Both the position numbers and the translations under genes were made by a program. From sequence record OR352941.1: DNA of 64,000 nucleotides; one strand, given 5' to 3'. The stretch's first letter is position 1. Every line of letters starts with the position of its first letter. Shown here in pieces: positions 1 through 9,563 of the stretch. The notes under the pieces were generated by a model. It was not told the DNA's origin and did not search any database. It was given only the letters and a program-made list of their open reading frames with translations. Source of the DNA: Escherichia phage AV111.

Positions 1-723
1 TACCTCTAGCTTTAGATTTTCTGAATTTATCCTTAAATTCTTTGGTTGCATTTCTTTTCGAAGCTGCGATAGAGGCCTTTGCTCTATTTTCAGGTTTAGA
101 CCAATACAATGTTTTAGATATTTTATTTTATCTTTAACATTAGGAGAATTCATTATATCTTTAAATTTTAAAGCAAAATCTCTATCGCTAAACATTTTTT
201 TAGAACGAATAGAAACTTTCTCTCTTCGTTCTTTGGTCCAATATGTTTTTTGAAATTCTCTAATTGCGTTTAAATGATTCTCCGACAATTTGCAATTTTT
301 TCTAACACCGACGTAATCTTCATTTATTTCGTTTTTAGAAAGTTTTACTATTTTGCCTGTTTTTAAATTTTTATACGGTGCATATCCTTTAGCTGATATT
401 CTAGACTTCTCGTTAGCATAAGCCTTATTAAAATATTTTTCATTTGAAACGGCTTTAACATTGAGTTGGAATAGTCTTTCTATTCTTCTAGGGTCTAATG
501 TGGTTTCGCCTAAAATTTTTACAGAATATTCGCCTTGGTCTATTAATCTGTTATATAAAGGAGAATACGAGGAATTAACACTACCGGTATATATTTTACC
601 GGTAGAATCTTCAATAATATCCTTTCCATTAAAATGACACGAAACTTTAGAACCTATATAATAACACGGGTATTCATTTTTAATCTCACGATTATAAAAG
701 GTTATAAGATATATTAAATTCAT
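1..723 (-). CDS. GIY-YIG (Seg-like) homing endonuclease, C-terminus cut by window edge
   Basis: Hand translation from ATG at 723: MNLIYLITFYNREIKNEYPCYYIGSKVSCHFNGKDIIEDSTGKIYTGSVNSSYSPLYNRLIDQGEYSVKILGETTLDPRRI...; frame stays open to position 1; YYIGS and YFNKAYAN motifs shared with ORF 11839-12660. Confidence 0.5.
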   Translation of the reverse strand, partial: MNLIYLITFYNREIKNEYPCYYIGSKVSCHFNGKDIIEDSTGKIYTGSVNSSYSPLYNRLIDQGEYSVKILGETTLDPRRIERLFQLNVKAVSNEKYFNKAYANEKSRISAKGYAPYKNLKTGKIVKLSKNEINEDYVGVRKNCKLSENHLNAIREFQKTYWTKERREKVSIRSKKMFSDRDFALKFKDIMNSPNVKDKIKYLKHCIGLNLKIEQRPLSQLRKEMQPKNLRINSENLKLEV

Positions 724-728
724 AATTA

Positions 729-1145
729 TCAAGCAGCAACCATCTGCTTTTTAATAGCTTCAGGCAGTGATTCAATATATTCTGGAATTTTAGAAGCAAC
801 AATTTCGCCAGCTGCAATTAGTTGTTCGTCGGCATCAACACAGTAAAAATCTTCAAGGCGTTCAGAACCGTCTTTATCAAGAACGATTTTAGCACCTGCT
901 TCGATAGAATCTTTATAGTGCTTACGCATCAAATGAATCCACATATCAGACACATCGTTATCAATAAAACCATAAATCATAAAACGAGTTTCTTGTGGCA
1001 AAGATTGGAGTTTTTTAGCACTTGCGTCATCACAATGCAGGACCCATGCTTTACGAACACGATTATGGTTATGCGGGTTAGCGTCAGTACGGATAGAAGT
1101 AACTTTCAGATCAGCAGCGGTAAAACCTTTAGCAGTAGTAAACAT
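729..1145 (-). CDS. hypothetical protein in the position of T4 rpbA
   Basis: 138 aa ORF between a 45.2-like ORF and the HEG; size and position fit T4 rpbA, sequence identity not verified. Confidence 0.4.
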   Translation of the reverse strand: MFTTAKGFTAADLKVTSIRTDANPHNHNRVRKAWVLHCDDASAKKLQSLPQETRFMIYGFIDNDVSDMWIHLMRKHYKDSIEAGAKIVLDKDGSERLEDFYCVDADEQLIAAGEIVASKIPEYIESLPEAIKKQMVAA

Positions 1146-1157
1146 ATTATTTCTCTC

Positions 1158-1358
1158 TTATTCGTAGAAGTCGGTAACTGTCCATGCGGAATTGCGATTA
1201 GACATTATTTTATTATACTCATCTTTAAAAGCAGATTTGAGCATTTGTTCAGTGACAATATGTTCTTCACCTGAAAACGTATTGGTCAAAACATATTTTT
1301 TAATTTCAGGGACAACGAGAAGATGTTGTCCAGTTGAATACTCCATGTTGTTCTCCAT
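1158..1358 (-). CDS. small protein, T4 gp45.2-like by position
   Basis: 66 aa ORF immediately downstream of gene 46. Confidence 0.4.
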   Translation of the reverse strand: MENNMEYSTGQHLLVVPEIKKYVLTNTFSGEEHIVTEQMLKSAFKDEYNKIMSNRNSAWTVTDFYE

Positions 1359-1400
1359 TTAATTTGATGTGGTCATTATAACCACATCGTGTTAAAGCGT

Positions 1401-3089
1401 TTATGAAACAGTCATTACAGTAAATCGTCCAACTTTGCTCATTTGCAAATGTTGTCCATAACGTTGAGGGTCATGGTCCCTATGAGAAATAATGAACACG
1501 TTAGTATTTTGTAAACTTCCAAGAATGGTATCTATAGCCTTAACAGCTTCAGAATCAACTGCCCCATCAAAAACCTCATCAAGAATCAGAGTGTTGATTT
1601 TAACACCAGAGACCTTTTCAGCAATATCTCGCCATGTAAACAACAACGCGATATCAATGCGTGCTTTTTCACCTTGACTAAATGAAGCATAACTAAAATC
1701 TTCACGACCACGTGATTTTATAGATTCATTGAATTCTTCATCAATAGAAAACACGTAATCAGCTTCCATAATTTTAAGATAATGGTTAATCTGCTTGTTG
1801 AACAGAGGCACATATTTTTTAATGATAGCACCTTTAATACCAGAATCTTTTAACATATCTGTGATAATACCACGATGGTATTTTTCAAGAACGATATCCG
1901 ATTTTGTTTTAATGATTTTATCAAGTTCTTTTTGAAGCAAAGCTATCTCATCGGCATGGTCGATAAATTCTGCTGAGGCTTGCTCTATTGCAGCTTTAAC
2001 TTTCTTAGCTTTATCAATAGTGGCAATCATTGCTTGTTTCTTGGTACGAATATCGGATGCAAGGTCCTGCTTAGTCTTAACATTAGCTCTATATTCGTCC
2101 ACTAGGACACTCAGATTATCTCTGTGACAGGTAAGTTGCTCGAATGAGTGATTACATTCATGAAGCTTATCGGTAATCTTAGAGACAATAGGGTCACCCT
2201 GGTGCAATTGTGATGCACAAGTAGGACATGTGCCACCGTCATGATACATCTTAATAACTTTGTTATATGAGTCGATTTTAGATTTAATCAAGAATGCTTC
2301 TTGTCCTATCTTGTTGAATGCCTCAGTAGGGTCTTCATCAAGAACGATATTAAGTAGTCGCTCATTAGCTTCTTCGATTTCTGCTTTTAATGAACGAGCT
2401 TCTTTGGCTAGGTCGTCATACATATTCTGTAGACGCGCTACATTATCACCAGATAATTTCTTTTGACGTTCGATATTCTCGTTATAAATCTTAATTTGTT
2501 GGATAACACCATCTTTCTTGGCATCAAGAACTTGTCCCTGAGAATTAAGTTCGCGAACTTGAGACTTATTGATTTTATCCATTTCAGCGAGTGTGCCGAC
2601 TTCTAAAAGGTCTTCGACAAGTTTTCTACGAGCAGGGGTGCTAAGAGCCATGAAAGGGGTATACCCTGCCGTCCCAAGCACAACGATCTGTTTAAAAGAC
2701 GCGTATGACATTCCGATGCTACGTTCAAATTCTTCTTGGAAGTCACGACTGCTGGCAGATTCATCAAGACGAACACCGTCAACGGAGATTTCGAAAATAT
2801 TGGGCTTTTGGCCTCGTTTAATGAAGTATTTTTTATCATCGAATTCCATCCAAAGCTCAACTAAGAGCTCTTTCTTGTTCGTGCTATTAATGATTTGTCC
2901 TTTCTTAACATCACGAAATGGTTTACCGAAAAGTCCGAAAGTAATGGCTTCTAACATCGTAGATTTACCACCGCCATTTTTACCGGTGATTAAGGTCTTT
3001 TGGACTTTATCTAATTGGATATCGATAGGATTCCCACCTACCGACATGATGTTTTGATAACGAACACGATTTAATTTAAATGATTTCAT
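1401..3089 (-). CDS. 46: gp46 recombination endonuclease subunit (Rad50/SbcC-like ATPase)
   Basis: 562 aa; Walker A GKNGGGKST near N-terminus, long coiled-coil middle, C-terminal ATPase half; T4 gp46 is about 560 aa; ATG at 3087-3089. Confidence 0.9.
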   Translation of the reverse strand: MKSFKLNRVRYQNIMSVGGNPIDIQLDKVQKTLITGKNGGGKSTMLEAITFGLFGKPFRDVKKGQIINSTNKKELLVELWMEFDDKKYFIKRGQKPNIFEISVDGVRLDESASSRDFQEEFERSIGMSYASFKQIVVLGTAGYTPFMALSTPARRKLVEDLLEVGTLAEMDKINKSQVRELNSQGQVLDAKKDGVIQQIKIYNENIERQKKLSGDNVARLQNMYDDLAKEARSLKAEIEEANERLLNIVLDEDPTEAFNKIGQEAFLIKSKIDSYNKVIKMYHDGGTCPTCASQLHQGDPIVSKITDKLHECNHSFEQLTCHRDNLSVLVDEYRANVKTKQDLASDIRTKKQAMIATIDKAKKVKAAIEQASAEFIDHADEIALLQKELDKIIKTKSDIVLEKYHRGIITDMLKDSGIKGAIIKKYVPLFNKQINHYLKIMEADYVFSIDEEFNESIKSRGREDFSYASFSQGEKARIDIALLFTWRDIAEKVSGVKINTLILDEVFDGAVDSEAVKAIDTILGSLQNTNVFIISHRDHDPQRYGQHLQMSKVGRFTVMTVS

Positions 3090-3340
3090 ATGTATTCTCT
3101 TCGAATGAAGTCCTCTACATATTTTAACATGTCATCTCTATCAGCAAAATATTCATCTAGTTCTGCATACATAACAACACCTGGTGCATACTCACAGGTA
3201 ACATACATTGTTCCAAAGAAACGAGGAGTTGATTCCTCGTAATTCTCAGTCCATTCAACGATACCAATATAACCGTCACCAATACTAAATTCATGACGAT
3301 GGATTTCATAATCAGTCTTCGTCATTATACGCATCCTCAA
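3086..3340 (-). CDS. hypothetical protein (46.1-like position)
   Basis: 84 aa ORF between genes 47 and 46, start overlaps neighbour. Confidence 0.45.
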   Translation of the reverse strand: MRMRIMTKTDYEIHRHEFSIGDGYIGIVEWTENYEESTPRFFGTMYVTCEYAPGVVMYAELDEYFADRDDMLKYVEDFIRREYI

Positions 3341-3569
3341 TACACGCTTCAGCCATTTTAAGAATAGAGCCGGGAGTATCGTTGTCCATTATATTAAAGC
3401 TAAATTCAATAGCCCAGTCGGTGCAGACATGAACTGCTTTAACTTCATTGCCTTCAACGCGTAATGGCTCAATCCAATACTTGATAGTGTTCTCGAATCC
3501 ATCATCGTCTTTAACGTCCATTTCAACTTCAAGTCCAAGCCCAGCATTATTAAATTCATCTAAAGTCAT
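3312..3569 (-). CDS. hypothetical acidic protein (46.2-like position)
   Basis: 85 aa ORF, stop overlaps gp47 region. Confidence 0.45.
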   Translation of the reverse strand: MTLDEFNNAGLGLEVEMDVKDDDGFENTIKYWIEPLRVEGNEVKAVHVCTDWAIEFSFNIMDNDTPGSILKMAEACIEDAYNDED

Positions 3570-4585
3570 TGTGTTGCCTCAATATAAAGTTCGTTGGAAT
3601 ATTTGACCAGCGCTTCTCTGTCTTCGTCTGAGATATCTGGAATCGCGTCAATATATTCTTTAATGATATCTTGAAGTGATTTAATCTCGATTTCCTGGTC
3701 GTCATCAGATTCAACACTGTTATCAACTTTAGAAACCATGCGAAGAGAGTGAACTACTTTTTCAAGTTCAGATTCAAACTTAGTCAACTCTGAATCAATT
3801 TCTGATACTATAACACGTAAGGCTAGATTAGTATAATCAGAATAATTGATTTTGCCTTTAAACGGATAAGTGATTCGTCGATGCCATGTTGTTTCATTAG
3901 GAATAAATTCCATACGTTCAACATCAGTGTCAAATACCCAGAATCCGCGCGGGTCATTCTCATCACCTGCAGTAAGGGTCCATGGTGTCCCAATATATTT
4001 GACGTTAGCAGCTTCAGAGATTGTGTGGAAGTGGCCGGACCAGACTTGTTTATAGGTCTTTAAGAAATCAGGTTCAAGCCCATGAGACTTCATTCCTTTA
4101 TAGAAATAAAAGCCGTTAAGTTCCCAGTGACCAACACAATACGCAGCAGAAGAAGTCTTGATGTGCTCTAAGATTTCACCTGTATTTTCTTCACACATCC
4201 ATGGAACGATATCAATCAGACATCCGTCAAAATCTACAGTAGTCGGATGCTCGTAAATAGTAAAGTTTTCAAATTGAGTTAACAATTCAGAAACAGTGTT
4301 AGGTGTTATTGTATTCTTAAACGCCATGTCATGGTTTCCTATCGTGACATGAACGTGAATGCCTGCTTTAGAAATCATATCAACGATTTCACGATTGAAT
4401 TCCATTGTACGATGTGTTATTGCTTTACGGACGTCAAACCAATCACCGTACTGAATCCAAGTTTTAATCCCGTGTTTCTTAGAGTATTCAATTGCTTGTT
4501 GAATACCATCACGTTGAATATCTTGAACCCATGGGTCGTCTTGTTTGACTCCGATATGGAAGTCGCCTAAGTGCAAAATTTTCAT
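3566..4585 (-). CDS. 47: gp47 recombination endonuclease subunit (Mre11/SbcD-like phosphoesterase)
   Basis: 339 aa, same length as T4 gp47; N-terminal MKILHLGDFHIG calcineurin-like motif; SD GAGGAAA upstream of ATG 4585. Confidence 0.9.
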   Translation of the reverse strand: MKILHLGDFHIGVKQDDPWVQDIQRDGIQQAIEYSKKHGIKTWIQYGDWFDVRKAITHRTMEFNREIVDMISKAGIHVHVTIGNHDMAFKNTITPNTVSELLTQFENFTIYEHPTTVDFDGCLIDIVPWMCEENTGEILEHIKTSSAAYCVGHWELNGFYFYKGMKSHGLEPDFLKTYKQVWSGHFHTISEAANVKYIGTPWTLTAGDENDPRGFWVFDTDVERMEFIPNETTWHRRITYPFKGKINYSDYTNLALRVIVSEIDSELTKFESELEKVVHSLRMVSKVDNSVESDDDQEIEIKSLQDIIKEYIDAIPDISDEDREALVKYSNELYIEATQ

Positions 4586-4608
4586 ATTATTTCCTCATTA
4601 GTTAATTC

Positions 4609-4633
4609 ATTCTATCATCCGTTTATAAAGCAA
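4609..4633 (-). promoter_or_regulatory. middle (MotA-type) promoter candidate for gene 47
   Basis: Minus-strand TTGCTTTA (MotA-box-like, 4626-4633) 11 nt upstream of TAGAAT (4609-4614), then SD and gp47 ATG. Confidence 0.45.
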
Positions 4634-4656
4634 AAAAGGAACTCCGAAGAGTTCCT
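4631..4656 (-). terminator. intrinsic terminator
   Basis: Minus AGGAACUC-UUCG-GAGUUCCU followed by UUUUUU; immediately upstream of the gene 47 promoter. Confidence 0.55.
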
Positions 4657-4867
4657 ATCCACATAGTACACCGTACAGAGGCTCATTTGAACTTTTAAAT
4701 CGAATGGGCTTGTACGTAATAGTTCCTTCGGCTTTAGCTTTATCATAAGACTCTTTAAAACGTCTCATTCTTTCTGCTTTGCCTTTACGGATTTTATCGA
4801 AATTTTCAGAAGTCGGGATGTTCGTCATGCATAAGCACCTCTCAGAAAATGCCTAAATCGATTTCTC

Positions 4868-5089
4868 TCATCGTTTCCACCATTTCTTAACTTGAAATGA
4901 ATCAACCCACACGAGTTGTTTTGGGTCTGCCTTTACAATAGGCGGACAAATTTCTGTAATAGAACCGTCGTGATATTCCTTTTCAGAAATTTTAACACAA
5001 AGAGGACCACCCAATTTAACGGTGAACCCTGCGTTCAGCTTCAGACGTTTAAACTTTGTTTGAACTAGCGCCATTAATGATGTCCTCAA
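4868..5089 (-). CDS. hypothetical small protein
   Basis: 73 aa ORF; start probably internal because it overlaps ORF 5049-5372. Confidence 0.35.
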   Translation of the reverse strand: MRTSLMALVQTKFKRLKLNAGFTVKLGGPLCVKISEKEYHDGSITEICPPIVKADPKQLVWVDSFQVKKWWKR

Positions 5090-5372
5090 TAGCCTGTCGA
5101 GTAGTAACCCATTGGATTTTAATTAACTTGTCATTGTATGGTTGTCGTAGAATATCCCGAGATTTCTTAATAGCATATTCGTAAGCTTCGAAGTTGTTTT
5201 TAATTGCTGCTTCTTGAGCATGGGCATAAAGACGGTTTAGTTCAAAACGATTCTTTTTAAGAATCTTTTCGGATTTTTTACGTGCTTCAGCTTCATTTTT
5301 CTTTTGGATTTCTTGTAGCATTTTAGCTACTGCATCTTCTGCTTCTTTATTTTCAATAATCTCGGTAGTCAT
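5049..5372 (-). CDS. hypothetical protein
   Basis: 107 aa Lys/Glu-rich ORF on the coding strand of the region. Confidence 0.45.
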   Translation of the reverse strand: MTTEIIENKEAEDAVAKMLQEIQKKNEAEARKKSEKILKKNRFELNRLYAHAQEAAIKNNFEAYEYAIKKSRDILRQPYNDKLIKIQWVTTRQAIEDIINGASSNKV

Positions 5373-5373
5373 A

Positions 5374-5667
5374 TTATCTCATTAAATTAAAATAAAAACG
5401 TCCATCCTCTTCAATACAGAACTCATATTCAACTGGAGTCCCGTTTATCGAAAATGACACGTCATGTGGGTTCAAAGGGTCGATGTCAAAATTAATTTTA
5501 AATTCACGACCCAACAGTTTTACCAAATAAGGGATTGCTTCGTCAAAAGGTTCTTCTAAGTAGTTAGAGATGTCAATTGTCATCCTCATATAAAAAATCC
5601 AAACTAGGCGAATCGCTAACAACTTCCTTCTTTTCAGCCCCAGGAGCTTTATAAGCGGATTCTTCAT
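5374..5667 (-). CDS. hypothetical protein (start uncertain, overlaps gene 55 3' end)
   Basis: 97 aa ORF; first 95 nt overlap gp55, internal ATGs at 5589/5583 may be true start. Confidence 0.35.
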   Translation of the reverse strand: MKNPLIKLLGLKRRKLLAIRLVWIFYMRMTIDISNYLEEPFDEAIPYLVKLLGREFKINFDIDPLNPHDVSFSINGTPVEYEFCIEEDGRFYFNLMR

Positions 5668-6130
5668 AATGCGTCATTTTATCGTAGATGTCTTGAATAA
5701 ATGTTTCATCTACCAACGCTACCATATCATCGTCATGACTGTCGTAGACATTATGAACGAAGTAACTATATTTCTTTGCAACTTCCTTACGTTCTTTTTT
5801 GATACGTTGGACAAAAGCATTAAAACAAGCTCGAGTTATGTATGCATGTGGGTTATTGTACTTAGTTTCGTCGAAATTATGAAGTCCCTTAATAGAGGCT
5901 TCAATCCCATCTGCAATCATCTCCTGCTTCCAAGACTGGGTATATCCTGAAAAGTTGAAACGTTTGGACAGGCCTTCGGCGATAAGCATAATTGCTAAAC
6001 CGATGGTATCATTCTGACGAATAATTTTGTTTGGGTCTTTATTATTTAAGAGCTCCTTTTTCCACTCGATTATAGCGGCGAGAAGCTCTTTATTATTCAC
6101 ATAGTTATTTTTAGGTTTTTGTTCAGTCAT
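5573..6130 (-). CDS. 55: gp55 late-transcription sigma factor
   Basis: Track ORF starts at TTG 6148; ATG at 6130 with SD AAGAGGT gives 185 aa as in T4; [13 protein letters not shown]...[15 protein letters not shown] matches recalled T4 gp55. Confidence 0.9.
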   Translation of the reverse strand: MTEQKPKNNYVNNKELLAAIIEWKKELLNNKDPNKIIRQNDTIGLAIMLIAEGLSKRFNFSGYTQSWKQEMIADGIEASIKGLHNFDETKYNNPHAYITRACFNAFVQRIKKERKEVAKKYSYFVHNVYDSHDDDMVALVDETFIQDIYDKMTHYEESAYKAPGAEKKEVVSDSPSLDFLYEDDN

Positions 6131-6202
6131 AAGTACCTCTTGGCTCAATTCATAGGTCTATTATATCATAATATTTAGAGACCTATCTTAAAGCACGAGA
6201 TA

Positions 6203-6472
6203 CTATCGGAGCAAACAATAAGCCTGAAACACTTTTTCCATTAAACGTTTGAACTCATGGATATCGATATAAAGCTCAGTAAGACCGGCATTATAAAGAA
6301 AATCTAAAAAGTTCTCATGTGTTTCGTTATAGACGCCTTCGTTTAATTGAGATACATGAGTTTCCCAAAAACCAACACCTTTAACGAATGGAAAATACGT
6401 GACTTTCATGTATTCGTCAACATAAAATTCGCCCAGCTTTTCTTCAGTTATACTGATTCGAGTTAATTTCAT
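6203..6472 (-). CDS. hypothetical protein
   Basis: 89 aa ORF. Confidence 0.45.
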   Translation of the reverse strand: MKLTRISITEEKLGEFYVDEYMKVTYFPFVKGVGFWETHVSQLNEGVYNETHENFLDFLYNAGLTELYIDIHEFKRLMEKVFQAYCLLR

Positions 6473-6696
6473 TCTAGTTCCTTTGCTGCTTCAAGAGCAA
6501 CATCCAGCGAATCAAATTGGTCAACGAAATCAATATTCAACGCATCGTCAACCGTAGCATATAACCACCATTGTTTGAATTCGTATTCTAGAATAAATCC
6601 AGGACCTTCAATCTGAGGAAGACCTAGACTATTTGTACCAACTTCGTAACCAGCTAGACGCAGGTCATTAATCAAAGTTTCTGTTAATACGCTCAT
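6469..6696 (-). CDS. hypothetical acidic protein
   Basis: 75 aa ORF, translationally coupled to neighbours. Confidence 0.45.
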   Translation of the reverse strand: MSVLTETLINDLRLAGYEVGTNSLGLPQIEGPGFILEYEFKQWWLYATVDDALNIDFVDQFDSLDVALEAAKELE

Positions 6697-7025
6697 TTTA
6701 CCGCCTTAACAATTTTAAGGTCAACGAATTTTTTCTTACGTTGATTTTTCATACGACGGATAGTCTTTTCAGAGATTTCATGTTTCTGATAAGCTTTAGA
6801 TTCAACACCAAATGCAGCAACGTCAAATTCAGAAAGAATATATTGTACTAGAATTTCACGAATAGAATTACGTCCAATTTTCTGGTCGTGTTTTTGCATG
6901 ATTTCATAAAGACGGAATTCCCACGCATCAAGAACTTGAGGAGTAACAATATTGCCAGATTCCAGAAGAGCAACAACTTTATCGAAAGCGAAAGAATTAA
7001 CTACGTTTTTGATTTTAGTAGACAT
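6693..7025 (-). CDS. hypothetical protein
   Basis: ATG at 7023-7025 with SD GAGGAAA; track start 7073 is upstream of the promoter -10. Confidence 0.5.
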   Translation of the reverse strand: MSTKIKNVVNSFAFDKVVALLESGNIVTPQVLDAWEFRLYEIMQKHDQKIGRNSIREILVQYILSEFDVAAFGVESKAYQKHEISEKTIRRMKNQRKKKFVDLKIVKAVK

Positions 7026-7062
7026 ATTATTTTCCTCGGTTATTTTATTATCCAACGAGAGA

Positions 7063-7091
7063 ATTATACTCATCTCTCAAGAGTTTGTATA
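7063..7091 (-). promoter_or_regulatory. early promoter
   Basis: Minus TATACA-N17-TATAAT; -10 flanked by GAGAGA/TCTCTC inverted repeat. Confidence 0.45.
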
Positions 7092-7331
7092 CTATTTTTT
7101 AAGCATGAAAAGTAAGTAATTTGTATCACGTGGAGTAATATCAACACCCATATCAAAGATGCCTTTATAGATTGGGTATTTGTTTTCGGTTGTATCGAAG
7201 CTGAAACTATTTCCATCACAACTAACAGTAATAGCATCTGTTAAAATGTCATACTCAATCCTAACAATTGAATCCCCAATTTTAACGTCGAGGTGTTTTT
7301 TGAATTTGATAAAATCTAATTCTTGGGCCAT
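7092..7331 (-). CDS. hypothetical protein
   Basis: 79 aa ORF. Confidence 0.45.
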   Translation of the reverse strand: MAQELDFIKFKKHLDVKIGDSIVRIEYDILTDAITVSCDGNSFSFDTTENKYPIYKGIFDMGVDITPRDTNYLLFMLKK

Positions 7332-7394
7332 GATATTTTCCTCATTTTAAGACGATAGGAAGATAATAACATGTCTTCCTATCATTGTACATTA

Positions 7395-7595
7395 TTAACC
7401 GAACTTTTTAGCGCCTTTCCAGCCTTCGTACATAACTGCACAAGTCAGTAGTACAGCTTGCTGGCATTCTTTGTATTTGTAAATCCAGAACCAGCGTAAG
7501 AAGTCTTCATCCTCAACGCCGTTGAGTTTCATATTGGCAAAGAATTCGGCACGTTCTTCACGAAGCTTTTGCGATAACATAGATTCAGGATTCAT
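7395..7595 (-). CDS. hypothetical protein
   Basis: 66 aa ORF. Confidence 0.4.
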   Translation of the reverse strand: MNPESMLSQKLREERAEFFANMKLNGVEDEDFLRWFWIYKYKECQQAVLLTCAVMYEGWKGAKKFG

Positions 7596-7733
7596 TTTGT
7601 GTTCCAGGCCCCATTTTCATCGATGAACTTAATCCAGTCATTTACAGACCATTTAGTTGTATCACCCTTTGGATTAACATTTAAAGTATATAATCCCTGC
7701 TTAAAAAGCATTCGTTTGATATTCATAATTTCC

Positions 7734-8027
7734 TCAACTGTAACGATAACATTCGTTAGCTTTACGTTTGGCTTCAGTATGAGAAGTATTATAATCATAC
7801 TCTTCTTTACTGTAAACATCTTTTTTCAACTTATGAACTTCTTTGCGGAGTTGTCGATTCATTTCATTCTTGACTTCAGAATCAACGCCTTTCATACGTT
7901 TCCATTTATCTGAGCGGAAAATGTTTTCAACCATGTCTTTGTGGCTAACACCGTCAGGAGCTTTACGCTTACCAAAATAGTCATAATCGCGAACTTTCAA
8001 ATCTTTACGACGATACGTTTTACCCAT
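7734..8027 (-). CDS. hypothetical basic protein
   Basis: Internal Met (MGKTYRRKDL) chosen to avoid overlap with 8035-8283. Confidence 0.4.
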   Translation of the reverse strand: MGKTYRRKDLKVRDYDYFGKRKAPDGVSHKDMVENIFRSDKWKRMKGVDSEVKNEMNRQLRKEVHKLKKDVYSKEEYDYNTSHTEAKRKANECYRYS

Positions 8028-8034
8028 AAGTACC

Positions 8035-8283
8035 TCAGAGGTTGATTGATACAACGCGTTTGATAAAATTCACTTCACTTACTGAAAGGTCTTTAAGACC
8101 GATTGATTCTAAACGCTGAGTAAGCGTCAACATCGGGATATAATCCCAATGAGTTTTAGTTGCTTGATAAGTACGAACTCCATTAGCAATTTCAACGTTC
8201 AAATCGGAAATGGTAATGAATATCGGACGTTCGTTATTTACATTAAGAGATAGAACAACTTTCTTTGAATCTAAACTAATCAT
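8035..8283 (-). CDS. hypothetical protein
   Basis: 82 aa ORF. Confidence 0.45.
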   Translation of the reverse strand: MISLDSKKVVLSLNVNNERPIFITISDLNVEIANGVRTYQATKTHWDYIPMLTLTQRLESIGLKDLSVSEVNFIKRVVSINL

Positions 8284-8462
8284 GGCTTAATTTCCTTCGC
8301 AATTGAACAGAAGATACCACGGTCACAAAGCATTTCACCAATTTCTGGATATTTGATTGAACGGTACCAAACATCCAGGCTTGAAACTCTGGTTATCTGT
8401 ACGGCATTACCATTGACAGAATAGTACTGGTCAACCTTAATTTCTTTATCTTCAATTGTCAT
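8280..8462 (-). CDS. hypothetical small protein
   Basis: Track N-terminus looks out of frame; MTIEDKEIKV start at 8462. Confidence 0.35.
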   Translation of the reverse strand: MTIEDKEIKVDQYYSVNGNAVQITRVSSLDVWYRSIKYPEIGEMLCDRGIFCSIAKEIKP

Positions 8463-8611
8463 TTTATTTTCCTCTATAGCAGATGGTTTAATCTTAACAC
8501 ATCTATTGAGGATGTAAACTGTTTTATGAAAATATTTTTTGATTTGAGAGGGGCACAAGGAGATAGTGAAGTGAAGATTCCAATGGATTATATTAGAAAT
8601 GAGATAAAGAA

Positions 8612-8630
8612 GACCAGGCGGCACCTGGTC
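8612..8630 (-). terminator. stem-loop, possible terminator
   Basis: GACCAGG-CGGCA-CCUGGUC hairpin at end of ORF 8629-8952, partly U-rich tail. Confidence 0.3.
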
Positions 8631-8952
8631 AATCTTCTATGATATCAGAGTCATATCCTAATGAAATCAAGGACTTTTTAAACTCTGCAATATTCTTTTG
8701 TTTCTTATCATTTAAAAATATGACAGGATAACGAATATTAAGTGAAGTGAATCCTGCACGTTTAGCAAGAGATACGATTAAAGGACGGTCATATTCAATC
8801 TTACCATTATTAGTGAGGACTTTATAAAATGTATAAGGAGCATTGAGCTCCTTTAAAAGTTTTGTAACAGTATAACATCCTGGACAACGTCCAACTTCTT
8901 CAGGGATGCCATAAATTTCAATCTTGTTCTTTAAGTTCGAGTTTTGTTCCAC
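8629..8952 (-). CDS. thioredoxin-fold CxxC protein (NrdH/glutaredoxin-like), GTG start
   Basis: KIEIYGIPEEVGRCPGCYT redoxin motif; no ATG in frame near the domain; GTG at 8950-8952 with AAGGAA 9 nt upstream. Confidence 0.5.
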   Translation of the reverse strand: MEQNSNLKNKIEIYGIPEEVGRCPGCYTVTKLLKELNAPYTFYKVLTNNGKIEYDRPLIVSLAKRAGFTSLNIRYPVIFLNDKKQKNIAEFKKSLISLGYDSDIIED

Positions 8953-9235
8953 GAGAAATAATTCCTTGGTAAGCCCAATAAGGAGGATTAACAGAATCCT
9001 CACCAGAGTTTTCTTCAGGAAAATAAACCTGGATAACGAAGCCGGATTCATCAAAGGTAAAATAAACCGTAGGCAGTTCACCTAACAAATCGGCACGAGC
9101 GTTGATTTCTTCGAGGTCTTGTTCACGTCCAGCCCAGAAGCTTGGGTTCAGACTACATTCATAGAAATAATAGTCATTACCGAACATATCAAAACCATTC
9201 CAACTCTCTACTACATACCGCTCAAAACTAATCAT
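8918..9235 (-). CDS. hypothetical acidic protein
   Basis: 105 aa ORF; overlaps the nrdH-like gene in another frame. Confidence 0.45.
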   Translation of the reverse strand: MISFERYVVESWNGFDMFGNDYYFYECSLNPSFWAGREQDLEEINARADLLGELPTVYFTFDESGFVIQVYFPEENSGEDSVNPPYWAYQGIISRGTKLELKEQD

Positions 9236-9237
9236 AA

Positions 9238-9453
9238 TTAAGCCTTTTTATCAAGAACAGAATTCAGTTTATTAGTAATTTTGTCCAAACGTTCATTGAA
9301 TTCGCTGGAGGATAAACCCTTTTCTGGAGAAATTAAACTAATCACGAAAAATACACCAGTAAAAGGAATAAGAAAAATAGCTCCAACTGCCATAAACAAA
9401 AAGAACGTTACAGTTGTAAGAAAATCAGCTAAACCTTTACGAAATTTGTACAT
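9238..9453 (-). CDS. small membrane protein
   Basis: 71 aa with one long hydrophobic segment. Confidence 0.45.
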   Translation of the reverse strand: MYKFRKGLADFLTTVTFFLFMAVGAIFLIPFTGVFFVISLISPEKGLSSSEFNERLDKITNKLNSVLDKKA

Positions 9454-9563
9454 ATTTACCCTTAATTAACTAAGCATTGATAATCATTAAACTATATTGC
9501 GAATAAAATTCTGGACCAAAACGAAAAATCATATCATTTATAGTATCCATAATGTAATTCAAT

